From a virus (Duplodnaviria; Caudoviricetes), in IMG/VR virus record IMGVR_UViG_3300021185_002017: a stretch of DNA of 64,000 bases. One strand, written 5' to 3'. The position numbers and the translations under genes were made by a program. Positions within the stretch are counted from its first letter, which is position 1, and the number at the start of each line of letters is the position of its first letter. Positions 17,634 through 30,800 of this stretch are shown here, piece by piece. Under the pieces are notes generated by a model. It ran no database searches. It was given only the letters and a program-made list of their open reading frames with translations, and had not been told where the DNA came from.

Positions 17634-20600
17634 ATGGCATTGGTAAACAGACAAAATAACTTATTCGCTGCAGAAGATTGGAAAGTAGCGTACAAAGCAT
17701 ACAGTGAAGTAAACTTCCAAGCATATGATTTTGACACTATTAGATCAGCTCTAGTAGAGTATGTGCGTGTAAACTACCCAGAAACATTCAATGACTACAT
17801 TGAGAGTTCAGAATTTATTGCTATCATAGAATTGTTAGCATATCTTTCGCAGTCCTTAACATTCAGAATGGACTTGAACAGCAGAGAAAACTTTTTAGAA
17901 ACTGCTGAAAGAAGAGACTCAGTATTTAAACTTGCAAGACAGTTAGGCTACAATCCACGCAGAAATATTCCTGCAAGAGGCTTAATGAAAATTGTTGCAG
18001 TTAGAACTAACGAACCTATCACAGACAGTTTAGGCAACGAGTTAAATAACACTAACATTTTTTGGGACGATGCAAATAACGCAGACAGTTACGAGCAGTT
18101 TATTACTATTCTTAACTCTGCAATGAATTCCTCAAACAGATTTAGCACACCAACTAAAAGCGGAATGATTGATGGCATACAAACAGATTTGTACGAAATC
18201 AATTCTCCATTAACTGCTCCTTTAGCATATGACTTTGATTTAACAGTCAGCGGAGTACCTAGAACATTCCAAGTTGTGAATCCTACTTTTAAGCAAGGTA
18301 CATTTGAGGAACTACATCCAGACAAATTAAATAACTTTAACTTAGTTTACAGAAATGACGGCACAGGTATTAGTAGTGTAAACTCTGGTTTCTTTGTAAT
18401 GTTCAAGCAAGGTAGATTGCAGTCATCAGATTTCAATTATTCAGATCCTATACAAAGTAGAACACAAGAAATTAATATTCAAAACATCAACGAAACAGAT
18501 GTATTTGTACAAGAGATTGATGGTACTGGTGCAACACTTGCAAAATGGACACAGATTCCTAACACTGTAGGGCAAACACTAAACTATAATGATTTAGCAT
18601 TTGGTGTTAGAACATTGTATGCAGTTGAGAATTTAAACAATGCTGGTATTAAAATAAGATACCCAGACGGAAACTTTGGTGATCTTCCATTTGGAACATT
18701 TAGAACATATTACAGAACAAGTGACCCAGAGTCATTTGCACTTGCACCAGAAGATGCAAGAAACATTAAAGTAACTATCCCATACCAAAACGAAGCAGGT
18801 GTTAGTTTTAACTTAACTGTGACATTTAGTTTGCAGGAAACAGTTAACAACAGTTTAGCACCAGAGACACTTACTGCTATTAAGCAAAGAGCTCCTCAAG
18901 TTTATTATACACAAAATCGTATGGTAAGTGCTCAAGACTATAACATATTCCCTTTTAGTCAAACAACTAATATTTTAAAACTAAAAGCAATAAACAAAAC
19001 ACATGCTGGGCATAGTCGTTACATTGATATTAATGATCCAACAGGCACATTCCAAAACTTGGAAACTTTTGCCAATGACGGTTCGTTGTATATTGAAGAT
19101 GTTCCTGGAACAACAGGTATTACAATCAGTGACGACAACACAGTTGCAGCAGTTGTAAACTTTACAATTCCACAAATACTAAAAGATAGAAACTTAAATA
19201 ACTTTGTGTATGAGCAATACAGAGATACATCAGAGTTGTATGATATTAATCGTTTCTCTTTAGATACTAAAAATGCTATATGGAAGTCGTTACCAGTTGT
19301 ACTAGGAGAAAGTGCAACAGGTTATTTCCATGAAACTATTTCTAGTGGCGATAGCACAGTTGATGTATTAGATAGACAATTCAAATATGAAGGCGGAGTA
19401 AATGACGGCGTTCGTCCTTTTAGAATGTTTACTGAAAATAACTTTATAAAATTTATAGACCCAGACGATGCTACAAAGTATGCATGGGCAAGAATAACTG
19501 GTGTTGCAAATGATGGTAAACTACATAGTGGATTAACTACAGCAACAGGACCAATTAGTTTAAGTACACCTGTACAAGACGGCTGGAAAGCTGCAGAATA
19601 CATTGCTACAATGCGTAAAGTACTTGTTACTTCAGAAGTAGCGGCAGTGTCAGCAGAGATGGCAGCTAAAAGATCATTTGGAATGGGTTATGATTCAGAT
19701 GTAGACGAATGGTACATTATACAATATCAAAATTTAGACAAAACTGGAAAGTGGTCATTAAACAATGCTCGTTCTAATAACGGAGTACAACTAGATTCTA
19801 GTTGGTTATTACTTTTTGATTACAGTGCAATTGACTCACTAACTTACAAGTATGTTGTTAGTTTAAGAGGTCAGCAGTATGTTGTACAAAGCAAAAACGA
19901 TTTAAAGTTTTACAATATTAACAATGTTAAAGTTGCTGACAGCAGTAACCAATCTAGCAGAGACTTAATTCAGTTTACAACATTAAACTCTAAGCCAGGT
20001 AGTGCAGAAGTATTTACATGGGCACCAGCAACAGCAGGACTTGCCAATCGTTGGGTCAGTGATGAGACAGGAGAAAAATATACTCCTAACAGTTATGATC
20101 CTGGTATACCTTTGAGAACACGATCTGCTAAATGGCATGACATAGATATAGATTACTTAACAAGTGGTGGTATTTACAGAGATGGTAACAGCACAGCAAA
20201 TGTTTTTGTTAACAGTACTACAGTATCATTAAACACATATTTTGACGATGGATACTTAGGTTCACCAACAACAAGTAATGTTACTATTGCAAATAACAGT
20301 GGTAAGATTAATTCGTTACCTTCTAACATTACTATACCTTTTAATAATACAACATTTGGATATAATATTTTAAGTGGATTAGGCGAAGTTGTTTACAGAG
20401 ATTATAACACTGGTACTTCTAGAGACGAAACATTTAGAGCTAATGTTACATTAGGCACATACAGTTATGGGCCAACTGATAGTTCAAACACAGGCGTTAC
20501 CGGCAGAATTTTATTAGCAAATGCTAATGTAACTGCTGAAACAGGTAATTTAATTATTACTAATATGTTTGCAAACAAGTATACAAATGCAGCAGATGCA

Positions 20601-21836
20601 ACTGGTCAAATAACACAAGATAGAATAGTTGTTAATTATAAGAATTCAAAAGAAAAGTTAGATGCTAGTATTGACTGGAATGTAGTAGAGCCTGTTAAAT
20701 ATAACGACGGCTACACAGACAATAGAAAAGTTGTTGTTGCACCAGTTGACACTGACGGTGACTTAGTGCCTAACAAACCATTACAGTTTAGAGACTTTGT
20801 TGGTCCAACAGATTTAGTATTTTTCGAATACTACACTGACTACGATGGTTATAGTTATTCAAGACCAGTAGCAGGTAACATTGTAGATTACCGTACAGAA
20901 GAAACAGTCACAACAGACTTTGCTGCCTCTGGTGGCGGCACACTTACAAACGGCGACGGACAAAAAGTTGAATCATTATTAACAACAGATATACTTGTAG
21001 TTAAAGGCATTGACAAACTGCCAGCAAGTATAGAAGGTAGTTTAGGCGATACTGCTATTACAAATGCAACAGGTTTAGTTGTATATGATTTCACAGCAGA
21101 TAAGATTTATCAATTAATAATGAACAGTAACGGTTCAGCAGTTATACCTGTAGAGTCAACAGACTACTATGTAAGAAATGGTAGATCAGCAGGACAGAAC
21201 ACTGCATTGATTGACAATGATGAAATTATAATTAAGTGGAAACATGTTGCACCTAAAGATGTGCGAATAGATCCAAGCATTAGTAATGTTGTAGAAATGT
21301 TAGTTTTAACAAACAACTACCATGACGAGATACAAAAATATAAAAATGTACCAGGAACAGAGTTTCCATTATCACCAACACCTGCACAATTGTCTACAGA
21401 GTTTGCAAAACTAGACGAATTTAAGAGTGCAAGTGATTCGTTGATTTATAAGAGTGCAGAATTTAAATTATTGTTTGGCACAGATGCCGAACCAGCGAAC
21501 CAGGCTAAATTTAGAATTGTTAAGTTAGCAGGTTCTACTATGAGCGACAATGAAATTAAAAGTAAAGTGATTTCAGCATTTAACACATTCTTCTCAATTG
21601 AAAATTGGGAGTTTGGCGAAACATTTTACTTCACAGAGTTGAGTAGTTATGTCCATCAACGATTGGGCAGTAACATAGGTAGTATTGTTATTATTCCTAA
21701 AAACAGTGCAGGGTCTTTTGGAGACTTATTCCAAATTAAAGCAGACCCACATGAAATGTTCTTGAACACTGCTAAGGTTAGTGATATAGAAATCGTTGAG
21801 AAAATAAACTCTCAAACACTTAGAGCTGATAGGTAA
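17634..21836 (+). CDS. gp6: Baseplate wedge protein, gp6-like (extended, 1400 aa)
   Basis: YDFDTIRSALVEY, FNDYIESSEFIAIIELLAY, RENFLETAERRDSVFKLARQLGYNP, IKQRAPQVYYTQNRMVSAQDY, and C-terminal WEFGETFYFTEL. Follows gp25. Confidence 0.85.
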   Translation: MALVNRQNNLFAAEDWKVAYKAYSEVNFQAYDFDTIRSALVEYVRVNYPETFNDYIESSEFIAIIELLAYLSQSLTFRMDLNSRENFLETAERRDSVFKLARQLGYNPRRNIPARGLMKIVAVRTNEPITDSLGNELNNTNIFWDDANNADSYEQFITILNSAMNSSNRFSTPTKSGMIDGIQTDLYEINSPLTAPLAYDFDLTVSGVPRTFQVVNPTFKQGTFEELHPDKLNNFNLVYRNDGTGISSVNSGFFVMFKQGRLQSSDFNYSDPIQSRTQEINIQNINETDVFVQEIDGTGATLAKWTQIPNTVGQTLNYNDLAFGVRTLYAVENLNNAGIKIRYPDGNFGDLPFGTFRTYYRTSDPESFALAPEDARNIKVTIPYQNEAGVSFNLTVTFSLQETVNNSLAPETLTAIKQRAPQVYYTQNRMVSAQDYNIFPFSQTTNILKLKAINKTHAGHSRYIDINDPTGTFQNLETFANDGSLYIEDVPGTTGITISDDNTVAAVVNFTIPQILKDRNLNNFVYEQYRDTSELYDINRFSLDTKNAIWKSLPVVLGESATGYFHETISSGDSTVDVLDRQFKYEGGVNDGVRPFRMFTENNFIKFIDPDDATKYAWARITGVANDGKLHSGLTTATGPISLSTPVQDGWKAAEYIATMRKVLVTSEVAAVSAEMAAKRSFGMGYDSDVDEWYIIQYQNLDKTGKWSLNNARSNNGVQLDSSWLLLFDYSAIDSLTYKYVVSLRGQQYVVQSKNDLKFYNINNVKVADSSNQSSRDLIQFTTLNSKPGSAEVFTWAPATAGLANRWVSDETGEKYTPNSYDPGIPLRTRSAKWHDIDIDYLTSGGIYRDGNSTANVFVNSTTVSLNTYFDDGYLGSPTTSNVTIANNSGKINSLPSNITIPFNNTTFGYNILSGLGEVVYRDYNTGTSRDETFRANVTLGTYSYGPTDSSNTGVTGRILLANANVTAETGNLIITNMFANKYTNAADATGQITQDRIVVNYKNSKEKLDASIDWNVVEPVKYNDGYTDNRKVVVAPVDTDGDLVPNKPLQFRDFVGPTDLVFFEYYTDYDGYSYSRPVAGNIVDYRTEETVTTDFAASGGGTLTNGDGQKVESLLTTDILVVKGIDKLPASIEGSLGDTAITNATGLVVYDFTADKIYQLIMNSNGSAVIPVESTDYYVRNGRSAGQNTALIDNDEIIIKWKHVAPKDVRIDPSISNVVEMLVLTNNYHDEIQKYKNVPGTEFPLSPTPAQLSTEFAKLDEFKSASDSLIYKSAEFKLLFGTDAEPANQAKFRIVKLAGSTMSDNEIKSKVISAFNTFFSIENWEFGETFYFTELSSYVHQRLGSNIGSIVIIPKNSAGSFGDLFQIKADPHEMFLNTAKVSDIEIVEKINSQTLRADR

Positions 21837-21844
21837 AGGAAAGT

Positions 21845-24800
21845 ATGTCAGATAAAATTGTAAAACAGTTACCGGTAGTACTGCAAACTAAAGCCGTAAG
21901 AAATTTCTTCGAGGCTACAGTTGAACAATTATACAGTGAGGCTAATACAGTTCCACTGGCAGGATTCATTGGTAAGAAAACAGGCGATGACGCTAAACTT
22001 CAGGGTGCATTCATCAAAGAAGATAATGCAGACAGACGCCAATACAATTTAACTCCTGCTGTTAACAATATTAATCCAGTTACTGGTGACAGTGAAAACT
22101 TAATCTTTTACGATGAATTCATTGACACATTAAAAGTCTATGGAGTAAACACTAGCAACCACAACAAATTATTTGGTAGTCGTTATAGATCATTTGTTCC
22201 GCCAATAGACATAGATAAGTTTGTAAACTACCAAGAATACTACTGGCATCCTGCAGGACTTGATGCTTTAGAAATTGGTGCTGATAATCAGGCTCCTTTA
22301 AACTTAGAAAAAGATGTTTTAGGTAAAAAAGAATTTACATACGATGGCACTACATTCCGTAATGGAATGACTGTTATATTTGCAGACTCTGGATTTACTA
22401 TTCCTGCAAATGCAACAACACTGCCTATAAAAGCCGGCATTGCATATATTGTACAAGGTGTAGGTACTGGCATTAAATTAGTTGAAAAGAGTATAACAAG
22501 TAGCACAGAGTATGGCGGTGCAAACCTTGCAGAACCAGATTATATTATACAGCAACGAGGTGCCGCAAATAAAAATGCATGGAGCAGAGTTAACCACTGG
22601 TACCACAGAGACAACTTTTTAGAAGCAGGTGATGAGTTACCTGACAGAGCTCATCGTGCTAAAAGACCAATTATAGAATTTGATGCAGACTTAGAATTAT
22701 TTGATCACGGTACTACAAGTTACGGCGAACCAACAGTAAATGTTACAGGTATTGTTAGAGCTGACATTGAGAACCAACCAACTAAGCACATTGATACTAG
22801 AGAATTACGAGACGGTGATGTACTTTTATTCTTAAACGAGGACGAAGATGCTAAAAGATTCTTGTACACTGTTAGTGGTGTAAACACAGGTATAGTTTTA
22901 ATACCTACAAGTAGTACACCTATTGCAGTTGGACAAACTGTAACAATAGCAGAAGGTAATGTGTTTAAAGGCATTGATTATATTTTCAATGGAACAGATT
23001 ATGTACAAGCTCAAAGAAAAATAAAAACAAACCAAGCACCGTTATTTAATTTATATGACGATGCAGGAAATGCATTAAACCACAATGGACTTTACAATAA
23101 CAGCGACTTTGCTGGTAATAAGATTTTTGGGTATAAAGAAGGCGTAGGTGTAAAAGACACAGAGCTAGGTTTTCCTTTAACTTATACACCTTACAAATCC
23201 GTTAGTGAAATAACATTTGAAAACTATATTCACACTGATAGATCTCAGTATACTCCGTTTGGTACTCATACTGCTAAAACAGTTTTAGGCACTTACTATT
23301 ACAAGTTATTAAAAGATGTACCAGAGTATCATTCTTCTTTTAAAGAAAGTAAAATTAGAAACGAGCAGTGTGTTATTACAACACATTATATAACTCAGTT
23401 TGATGTAGACGACAACAAGTTAATATATAACATTGGAGCAACACCTGATATCTTAGTATCTAGATCAAGTGGATATGATATCTTAGTTAAAGTTAACGGC
23501 TCTATTGTAACAGACTATACTTATGTTGCACCAACTGATATTAAATTTAATACATTTACTTTTAAGCCAGGTGATGTAATTGATGTTGAGGTAGGAACCG
23601 CAACGGGCATATCTAAAATTACAGACAGTAGATATGATTTACCTCTAAGTTGGAGATCAAATCCATACAACAAAGAAATTGAATTAGTTGCTGAACCTGA
23701 CTATATGTCTCACTTTAAGAGATACATTGAAAGACAGGATGGCTTTACTGGTAGTGCATTAGGTTCTAACAACTTTGCAAGTACAGCAAAAGAGATTGTA
23801 CATGCTAAAGACATTGTACAAACAGATCAAGATTTAATGGTTGCGGCATTTGCATTAGATGACCAGCCACATAACTTAGTTGATGCTCTAAGATTTACAG
23901 CAAGAGAATACGAAAAGTTTAGAGCAAGACTAATAAAAGAAATTAATCAGTATTACGAAAGATTTGATACTGCTAACTTATCAAAAGAATATATATTAGA
24001 ACAAGCACTAAGAAGTCTAATTTCTTTCAGCATAGGCAAAGATATATTTGGAACATCCTATGTATTGCCTTTTGGTGATAACTACCTCAAACAAGAATTT
24101 GATGTAGCAGATATTAATTCAACAGTTTATGTGCTTGACGACTATGCAGACTTAGATGAAATTACTAACAGTCTATTAGTTTATCATGTTACAGCAGCAA
24201 CAAATACACAAGACTTGTTAACTGTTGAATCAGATTACACTATTTCAAGTGTTAACCCTATAACAATAACTGTTACAAAACAATTAGAATTAGGTGATTC
24301 TATTGTAACTAAACTGTACGATAAAGATAGAGACAGTGCAGAATGTCCTGCTACTCCTAGTACATTAGGCTTATACACTTTATGTAGACCTCGAGTAGAA
24401 ACAGATAACAGTTTTAAAACTCCACAGCAATTATTGATTGGACACGATTGCAGTAAAACACTTCTCCAAGGCGATATCAGAGATGAGATATTATTAGAGT
24501 TTGAAATAAGATTATATAATTCAGCAGCTCAACAATTTAGATCAACAGATAGTTTCCCTAGATTAAATGTTGGAGATGTGCGTTCGGGTGCATTTAGATC
24601 AACTAATCAATCTCCAAGAGAATATGCTGACTTATTGAGAAACAGTTTTACAAACTGGACTAAATCATCTAATGTTGATTATTCAACAAATGAATTTTAT
24701 GATGCTAACGATACACTTACATGGAACTACCGAGGCGAGCAAGACTTGCCAGGACACTGGAGAGGCTGGTTTGAATACTATTACGACACAGTAAGACCTC

Positions 24801-27800
24801 ATACACATCCATGGGAAATGCTAGGCTTTTATGAAGAGCCAACATGGTGGGTATCAGAGTACGGCACTAACTACACTATGACCAACGAGGTTATGTGGAA
24901 AGATTTAGAACAAGGTATTATTAGACAAGGCGACAGAGAAAACTTTGTTAACGGCGATTACTTAACAGATAATCCATGGCGTAGAATTGGCTTACTTAAT
25001 TTATTGCCAGTGGACACTACTAATGTATTACTATCACCAGGACAAATTACTGGTACAGGTAGTACAACGAAAACAGAAACATGGACAAACTTGCGTCCAA
25101 GTAGCAGTTTAGTATCTGACGCTTTTAGAGATATAGCAGGTACAAATAACTTACCTAATGGTATTAATATAACATACGGTTCTTCAAGTTCTTTGAGAGT
25201 ACTGTTTGATGCGTTTGATGTTGGTAATGTTTCTAGTAAAGCACAGGCAGGAACATTTTGGGATTACGATGGAACAATTGGCGGTGCTAGTTCATTAACA
25301 CAATATGCCACAGGTTTCCAAGAAGGATTTGACGGATTTGAAACTCCGTATATTTTTGTTGAAGATATTACAACTCGTAAGACTTATCAACTTTATAACT
25401 ACACAGCGGTAAACTTAACTGACCCCGGTGAGATTATACGAGAAGAAAATGTACTTGTAGCAGATACTACAATAGGACTTACTTCAACAGGTACGCCTTT
25501 ACTTAATGTAAGTAATGTAAGTTCTTGGCAAGATGAAGATGCTTGGCATTATTCTAACACTTTTAGAAACAATGCAAACGGCAACGGAACATATTTTATT
25601 GAACCTGAACATGCAGGACTCACAGAGTGGGACAAAACAGAACACTCACCTATAGTGGGTTGGGCCTTTGACGGCTTACCTATTTACGGACCGTACGGTT
25701 ATAATCGTTATGCCACTGACGGAACGCTAGTAGGCGTAGATGCTAATGACGCTATTACCCCGATTAAAAGTGCATTTGAATTAAGAACTGGTCAAAGAAG
25801 TTCAGGTCCTTTAGGAATTTACACAGGTGAGTTTGTAGAGGATTATACTTATAATGTATCACTTGGTGGTACTGCAGGATATGTAGGACACTCACAAAAA
25901 GGTGGTATTGCAAAATATAACATGCGTTGGGGTGTAACACCAGAAAGTCCTGACACACCTATTTACTTTTATGTTGCTACAATAGACACCAATGAACAAC
26001 CTATGTTCCCTTATGCAATTGGTGGAACACAAACTGCGTCTCCTACAATTTTTGAACCGCATTATTATGCTGCTCCAGTTGAGCAAGAAGCAAACAACAA
26101 TGGTTCAATTGTGGGCTCTGGTGAAATAGTTGCAGTATCAAGTTCACTGGTTATTACGCCTAGTACTACAGCATCGTTGATTAATAATCCATGGAGATTT
26201 GGTGATGGTGCTCCTGTAGAGAATGCATGGAAGTACAGTGTAAATTATCCTTTTGCAGTAACAGAAGCATTACTATTATCACAACCAGGAAGATTTGTAA
26301 CATTATTCTCTGATCCGTTGAGAAATACTTCTCCGGTACTACAGCCAAATAAGATTATTAATACTGTAGACAGAACACCGTTTGATTTTAGAAATGAAAA
26401 TCACTTTGGTATACACGGTTCTGTAAACTCAGCAGGTGATGTTGTTACTAATGTTGGCTACTCACAGTTTATACACAGTTGGCTAACATATCAAAATTTA
26501 AATACAACAACTGATTTTGCTGACAAACTTAAAAATGTAAATATAAAATTAGCACACAGGGTTGCTGGCTTCACTGACAAAGATACATTAATAGTTAAAG
26601 CAGATCAGCAAGGACTAACATCTACAACAAATAGTTTAATTATACCATCAGAAAATGTTGATGTTGTTGTACATGCTTCACCTTATAAAAATAGAAATTT
26701 CTACACAGGACTTACAGTAGAAAAAACACCAGATGGATACAAAGTAAGAGGCTACGATAAAAACGCAGGATACTTTAATGTATTAAGAAGAAATAAAACT
26801 GGTGCAACTACCTCAGTGGAAGTAGGTGGCGATGCTGTAGACTTTGTAAATTGGGAACCTCTAGTTTCCTACCAAAAGAATACTATAGTTTCTTATAACA
26901 ATGGTTATTATCAAGCACCAACACTAGTTACAAGTACACAAACTTTTACTCCTTCTTTGTGGAATAGACTTCCTAGTTTGCCACAAACAGGTTCCGTAAA
27001 AGGTGTTCTTTTCTTAGACGATCTTCCTTATATTGATAGAGTAGATTATCAAACAGAATTTACTACTTTCCAAGAAGTTGTTGATCTCATTGTGGGATTA
27101 GGTGCATACCAAGAATCAATTGGTTATAACTTTGGCGACTTCGACACAGAGATTGCTGATGTTAGAAACTGGAACTATGTTGTTAAGCAATTCTTGTTCT
27201 GGGTAGCAGGCGGCTGGGAAAACAATAACACAATTGATCTAAGTCCGTTAGCAAGTAATGTGAAATTTACTAGCACAACAGGAATGGTTGCAGAAATTAA
27301 ACGTGTAGATAAAAATCAATTTACACTTATCGACCAAGACGGCAGAGCAATACAACCATCAGAGTGCGAAATTGTTAGAGAAGGCAACACAATAGAAATT
27401 GCACCGCCAGAAGGTATACAAATTTATGGTGCAATGTTGTTCACTAAAGAAATTGAACATGCACTAGTATTTGACAATGTAACAGAATTTAATGATACAC
27501 TATTTGATCCTGTTTACAATCAAGGACAAACAAGATTTAAAATTAAAGGTAAGAGAACTGCAAACTGGAGTGGTTTGTTTAGTTCAGAAGGCTTTATTAT
27601 CCAGGGCGACGAATTAAGACCTAACTTAGATAATATGGCACAAAGTTTAGGGCGTTATCACGAACTAGGCTTTATACCAGTTGAAAAACAAATATACGAA
27701 CAAGCTCGTGGTTTGTTTGGATATCAAGAAAGAGAATATCTAAACAACTTAGAATTAGAAGATGATGATCAGTTTGAATTCTTTAAAGGTATGCTACAAA

Positions 27801-30800
27801 GCAAAGGTACACTACCTAGTTTAAGTAAACTATCTAAGAGTAAAAATATTATCTCAGGCGATATGGCTGTTTATGACGAGTGGGCTATTAAAGTAGGCGA
27901 CTTTGGTGATTTAGAAAATGATCAAAGTATTGAACTTAAACTAGTTAAGAGTGATGTTAAACATGATCCTCAATTAATTACATTAGCCTTCCCTGAAGAT
28001 ACAACAGGTACAATTGAACAAGTTGATATAATTAGCACAGAGCATACATACTTTGAAGCACCAACTATTGAAATTGCACCACCTGTTCCTACAGCAAATA
28101 ATGTCTCAAATAGAACACAGGCAACTGCTACAGCATTATTAGGTGCTGATGGTACATTGGGTGCTATTAATGTTACTTATGGTGGTACAGGATATACTAC
28201 AGCGGCAGCAAGATTAAATGTTGTTGCAGGTAATATATCAATAGCAAATGTAAGTACACAATTTGCAACAAGTATAGCCGCAAGTACAGATCCTGTATTA
28301 GACACTGCTATTTCTGGATTGTCATTAACAAACTTAAATATTACAGCAGTAGCTGCAGGTTCAAGTAATGCAAACATTGCTGTGTCATTAGATGTAAGCA
28401 GTATTACTAGTTTAGCAAACATTGCTACAATTGTCAACGAAAACGCAACAATTAATTCTCATATTACTGCAAACACAGTTGAAAGTAAAATTCAAGTAGG
28501 TACTAACATTGTTAGACAAAGTATATTAACACTTGAAGGCACAGACTTTATATTAGCAGAAGCAGGTAGTACACTATCAGGACTTAATTTAGTTGCAGGT
28601 AGATATCAACCTAAACAAAGATATTCAATTGCAGCAGTTGGCGATCATCCTACAAAAGGCACAGGTGCAACTACAGCAAATGACATCACTGTAAAAGTAA
28701 ACGATGCAGTAGTTAATTCTACATACTGGACATATGATGCTGGTAGCAGACAAATAATTCCGTTTAAGATAGCAACATCTAATGCATCTTTAGGAGATCA
28801 GAACGCATCAAGAACAACTGTAATTAGAGGTAATGTTACTGTTCCTCTAAATGATCCTATAAGTTCAGACAACATAGAGAAAGTAGACAACATCTCATAT
28901 CCTTATGCATCTGTGTTTGTAAACGGCGAGCAAATAAGAAATTACCCAGGTGATCAAAGATTTGATCTTACTACAACTGATCTAACACTTTACGATGTAG
29001 ACAGATTAGCAGACAGCGGCATTTCGAATGATGCAAATGTTTTTGTATTAGAAAGACCTACTGTTGAATTTGCTCCATCATATTTTGATGATAAGGCTGG
29101 TGCAAGTTTAAATATTAAAGTATCTACAAATGATAATATTGCTGTAACTACTGGTATTAAACGATTACACGAAATTACACCAGATATAAAAACAGACGAT
29201 ACTATATTAATTGACATTGATGATACTACAAGATTCCTCAAGAAGCCAATTGGTGAAAGACAAGAAAGTTTATGGCCAACTACTTCTTATGTAAATGCTA
29301 AAGGTATAACTGATTCTAAATACACACAAATTCCAAATGCTGGTTATGTAAACAGTACAACAGTTGACTTTAGTAGTTTTGATGTTCCTAGCATTGGACA
29401 AATGTTTAGAAACGAAATAGTAATACATCCTGAAAAAGATGATTTAGTGCATGTTGCTGTAGCAGAAAACGAAGACTGGAATGTTTATAAGTTTAAAGAA
29501 TTTGCAAGTGTTGTACAGTTTGTTGAGCAAGAAGAAAACGATTTAACTGCACATTTATATACAACTGATTCTCTATTCTCTAAAACAACAGATGAAAACC
29601 AAATAGCCAGTGGCATAGATTCAACTAGATTCTTAGATTACCATATTGCAATTAAAGATGCAATTGTAGACAACAAGTTTGTTGTTTGGGTTAACGAACA
29701 AGTAGTAAATCAGAAGCAAGTAAGATTAAGTAATATTACAGCGACTCCTATGATCGAGTCTACTGTTTCAAGTATAGGACCAAATAACAATTTAGCAATT
29801 ACAAATATCTCATCTGGTATTAGTAGTTTTGCAATAGGCACAGCAGTACCTGCAGGAGATGGAACAGGAACAGTAACAGTTACTACTGACATTCAGATGT
29901 TAGATAGTGCTATTGGTGGCACAGTAGGATTTGCTACAGGTAATGTTACAACCGATGAAAGATATTTACACGGAAATTCATTTGTAGCATCTAATGTTAA
30001 TATTGAAGCAGGCACATTTACAATCAATGAGCCAAATATTGCTGGTACAATTCCTCCTGCTAACCTCACTGTTAGATACTTTAACAGAACAACAATCACA
30101 GCAGCAAATCACGGATTTGCATCTGGTGAGATGGTTAAAGTTGTTGCAGGAGCATATAGCGGTCAGTATTATGTAGAGGGTGCATCACAAAATACATTCA
30201 TGATTGATACACCGTTTATCACAGGCGGACCTACAACAGGTAATGTACTTCATCCAGAATTTAAGATTACAACAACCGAAGACCACGGAATTACAAATGA
30301 TTACGCAGGTAAAAAGATTGCTGTACATAACGCAGACCAAAGATTTTATAATGGCGTGTATCGTGTTAAAAACATACCAACATCAAATACTATTCTTGTT
30401 TGGAATAGTTTCCCTTTTGCAGATGAGGCAAATACTAATGTAAACGGAACACCAGCAACAACATGTGTTGTTACTACATTAGATCACGATGTTATATCTT
30501 TAAACAACTCAAGTATTAAGATAGATAATATAAACAGTTTAGATGGTATGATTGATTCATTGAACGATGCGTTTGAAGCTCGTGGAGATTGGATTAGTCA
30601 TGTAGGTAGTTTCCAAATGAGAATGCCTATGCTTAAATTCCCAATGCAAGGCCCAGGCGGACTAACACCTAACCAAATAGGTGGTGCAACACCTCGAGTA
30701 ACTAACTTCGGAAGTATTAGTAAAAAGAATGTTAATTTTACAGGAGTTAAAACTGCAAGTCCTAGAAGAGCTCAAAAGATTGGATTTAACAAAAAGAAAT

